This document shows, piece by piece, positions 62,059 to 64,000 of a stretch of DNA of 64,000 nt; positions within the stretch are counted from its first letter, which is position 1; the number at the start of each line of letters is the position of its first letter. A model generated the notes under the pieces. That model was given only the letters and a program-made list of their open reading frames with translations. It was not told where the DNA came from and did not search any database. The translations under genes were made by a program, and so were the position numbers. The DNA is from Candidatus Sericytochromatia bacterium (lineage in GTDB: Bacteria; Cyanobacteriota; Sericytochromatia; S15B-MN24; VGJW01): assembly GCA_035285865.1 (NCBI GenBank), contig JAYKHS010000011.1, positions 128,172-192,171 on the forward strand, written 5' to 3'.

Positions 62059-64000
62059 CTACGCCCGACGAGATGCCCCGAGCCGGGTCTGGAGCGCCGA
62101 AAGCAGCTCCGCCTCGATGGCCTCGACCTCGGCATCCTTCAAGGTGCGATCTTCTGCACCGTAAGCCATGGCCATGGCCAGACTGACCGTACCTTCCGGG
62201 ATGCCTTGCCCCGAATAGCGATCGAAGCAACGCAAGGACCGCAGACGATCTCCGGCCGTCTCGCGTATGACGGCAGCCACCGCACCGGCTGTCACGGAAC
62301 GGTCCACGACCACGGCCAGATCCCGGCGGGCGACAGGATGGCGATCGAATGCCCGGAAGTACGCGGGTTCCGACTTCCGACCAAGCCGAGGCAGCCGCAC
62401 CTCGACCAGGACGACCCGGCCCCAGCCAGCCAGTCCCGCCTCCTCCAGAAGACCAGGATGCATCTCCCCGGCCACGCCGACCGCACCGGGTTCCAGAATG
62501 GCCGTCCGGCCCGGCTGCAGCCCCGGTCGAACGGCGGCATCCCACGAAAACGACTCGGCAACCTTCAGGTTCGCCAGCAAGGACTCGAGGAGACCCTGCC
62601 CCCAGCGAACATCGGGAGCGAACGCGGCGGGTGCATGAAGCCAAGGACCACGGTCCAAAGGGCCTGCCAGCAGGGCAGCGAAACGCAGTTCTTCCCGGAT
62701 GCCATCGGCTTCGGCCCAGGCAACCTGGCCGATCTCGAAGAGTGCCGCTTGCTCCGCACCCTCGCGCCGCCGCCGCGTCGCCAAGTCGACGAGACCAGGC
62801 CACAGCGACCGACGAAGCACCTGGAACTCTCCCATGCCTTCCGCGACGGCTACCGCCTGGTCAGAAACGAAAGCGTCGTCGCGCCCCACGGGCACCAAGG
62901 ACGGCAACATCACCTCATCGAGACCCTGGGCCGTCGCCCACGAGCGAACGAATGCGGCGAGATCCGGTCCCCCGGCGTCGCGGTCCAAGGACATCGGAGG
63001 CAGGACGGCTGGTATCGAATCAAGACCTGTCTGGAAAGCCACTTCCTCGAACAGGTCGACTTCCCGGAGCAGGTCGAGGCGACGCCAGTGGGGGGGCATG
63101 ACAAGCCAGGCCTGACCTTCTGTCGTGACGCGCGCGCCCATTCGCTTCAACGAGGCGAGTTGGTCCCCATCCGAGAGTTCAGCACCAAGCAGGGCGCGGG
63201 TCCTGGCGGGACGGAACACGATCGCATTCGGTCGCACCCGAGTCGGATCGGGCACGATATCCGAGACCGCCCCCGGACGGCCCCCGGCCACCGCCACGAT
63301 CCGACGCACGGCCTCGGCGAGGAGCAAAAGCGTATCCTCGGCATCCACGCCCCGCGCGAAGCGCTGCGACGATTCCGACTGAAGCTGATGCCTGCGCGCC
63401 GTGGCCCGGACCGACGTCGGGTCGAAGCTCGCCACTTCGATGAGGATGGACGTGGTCTCGGCCCGGACCGCGCTGTCCGCCCCGCCCATGACCCCAGCAA
63501 GCGCGACGGGTCCACGCGCATCGGCAATGACGAGGTCACCCTGTTCGAGGTCGGCCTTCCGCCCGTCAAGCAGAACCAGAGTCTCACCCGGATTAGCGGG
63601 ACGCACGGACAGTCCATCTCCCTCGAGTCGATGCCTGTCGAAAGCGTGCATCGGCTGCCCGAACTCCAGCAACATCATGTTGGTGACGTCGACGATGCCG
63701 TCCACCGACCGAAGCCCCGCAGCGTCCAGCAGGCGCGCAACGTCCGGTGACGAGGTGGGCACCGTGACACCGTCGATCACGCAGGCGGCATAGCGCAGTA
63801 CTCCGGCGGGGGCAACGGCCAGAGTCCCGACCGAGGGTCCATCGCCATTCCCGATCAGGACCTCGGGTAGCGGAAGGACCTCCCCGAGGCCAAGCGATGC
63901 GAGCTCCCTCGCAACACCATGCGCCGAGAGCAGATCCCCTCGATGCGCGGGTACGGCAAGTTCGAGGACCCACTCACCCAGGCCCATGGCCTCGGCAATC
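62059..64000 (-). CDS. pheT: phenylalanine--tRNA ligase beta subunit (5' end outside the window)
   Basis: RGDLLSAHGVARE, VDVTN..GQPMHAFD, ALAGVMGG, DLFEEV, C-terminal RDLAVVV..FDRYSG..RTLKD anticodon-binding domain. Confidence 0.94.
   Translation of the reverse strand, partial: IAEAMGLGEWVLELAVPAHRGDLLSAHGVARELASLGLGEVLPLPEVLIGNGDGPSVGTLAVAPAGVLRYAACVIDGVTVPTSSPDVARLLDAAGLRSVDGIVDVTNMMLLEFGQPMHAFDRHRLEGDGLSVRPANPGETLVLLDGRKADLEQGDLVIADARGPVALAGVMGGADSAVRAETTSILIEVASFDPTSVRATARRHQLQSESSQRFARGVDAEDTLLLLAEAVRRIVAVAGGRPGAVSDIVPDPTRVRPNAIVFRPARTRALLGAELSDGDQLASLKRMGARVTTEGQAWLVMPPHWRRLDLLREVDLFEEVAFQTGLDSIPAVLPPMSLDRDAGGPDLAAFVRSWATAQGLDEVMLPSLVPVGRDDAFVSDQAVAVAEGMGEFQVLRRSLWPGLVDLATRRRREGAEQAALFEIGQVAWAEADGIREELRFAALLAGPLDRGPWLHAPAAFAPDVRWGQGLLESLLANLKVAESFSWDAAVRPGLQPGRTAILEPGAVGVAGEMHPGLLEEAGLAGWGRVVLVEVRLPRLGRKSEPAYFRAFDRHPVARRDLAVVVDRSVTAGAVAAVIRETAGDRLRSLRCFDRYSGQGIPEGTVSLAMAMAYGAEDRTLKDAEVEAIEAELLSALQTRLGASRRA

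Overview
GC-rich (roughly two-thirds G+C by eye), gene-dense bacterial chromosome segment from a diderm organism (TolC, beta-barrel proteins, many lipoproteins). No integrase, transposase, rRNA or CRISPR array is visible. Housekeeping content: acnA, sucA-sucB-lpdA, fadH, a UvrD-family helicase, rfbC, cysK-cysE, metG-tatD, queE, a partial pheT, and three tRNAs (Pro-GGG, Ser-TGA, Phe-GAA), none encoding CCA. Transport: an OPT transporter, an RND system extended to five genes, an amino-acid ABC transporter, a Na/Ca antiporter and a P-type ATPase. Four lipoprotein subtilisins lie within 35 kb. The pilB-pilT-pilC order, a Cys-rich PilB tail and CCA-less tRNAs hint at a non-photosynthetic relative of Cyanobacteria (e.g. 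Sericytochromatia); this is inference only. Top candidates for undescribed biology: (1) a 622-aa protein directly upstream of pilBTC with a polybasic/amphipathic N-terminus, an acidic disordered region with tandem Trp-Gln repeats and a C-terminal Roadblock/MglB domain, a possible polarity scaffold for type IV pili; (2) a 115-aa CutF/CruR-like leader (signal peptide, CxxxC, Pro-rich tail) plus a hairpin ahead of a beta-propeller-SCO-PCuAC copper operon, a possible ribosome-stalling copper sensor; (3) an EF-hand gene split by a single in-frame TAG. Start codons were re-called by hand from RBS position and family N-termini, so many differ from the ORF track.
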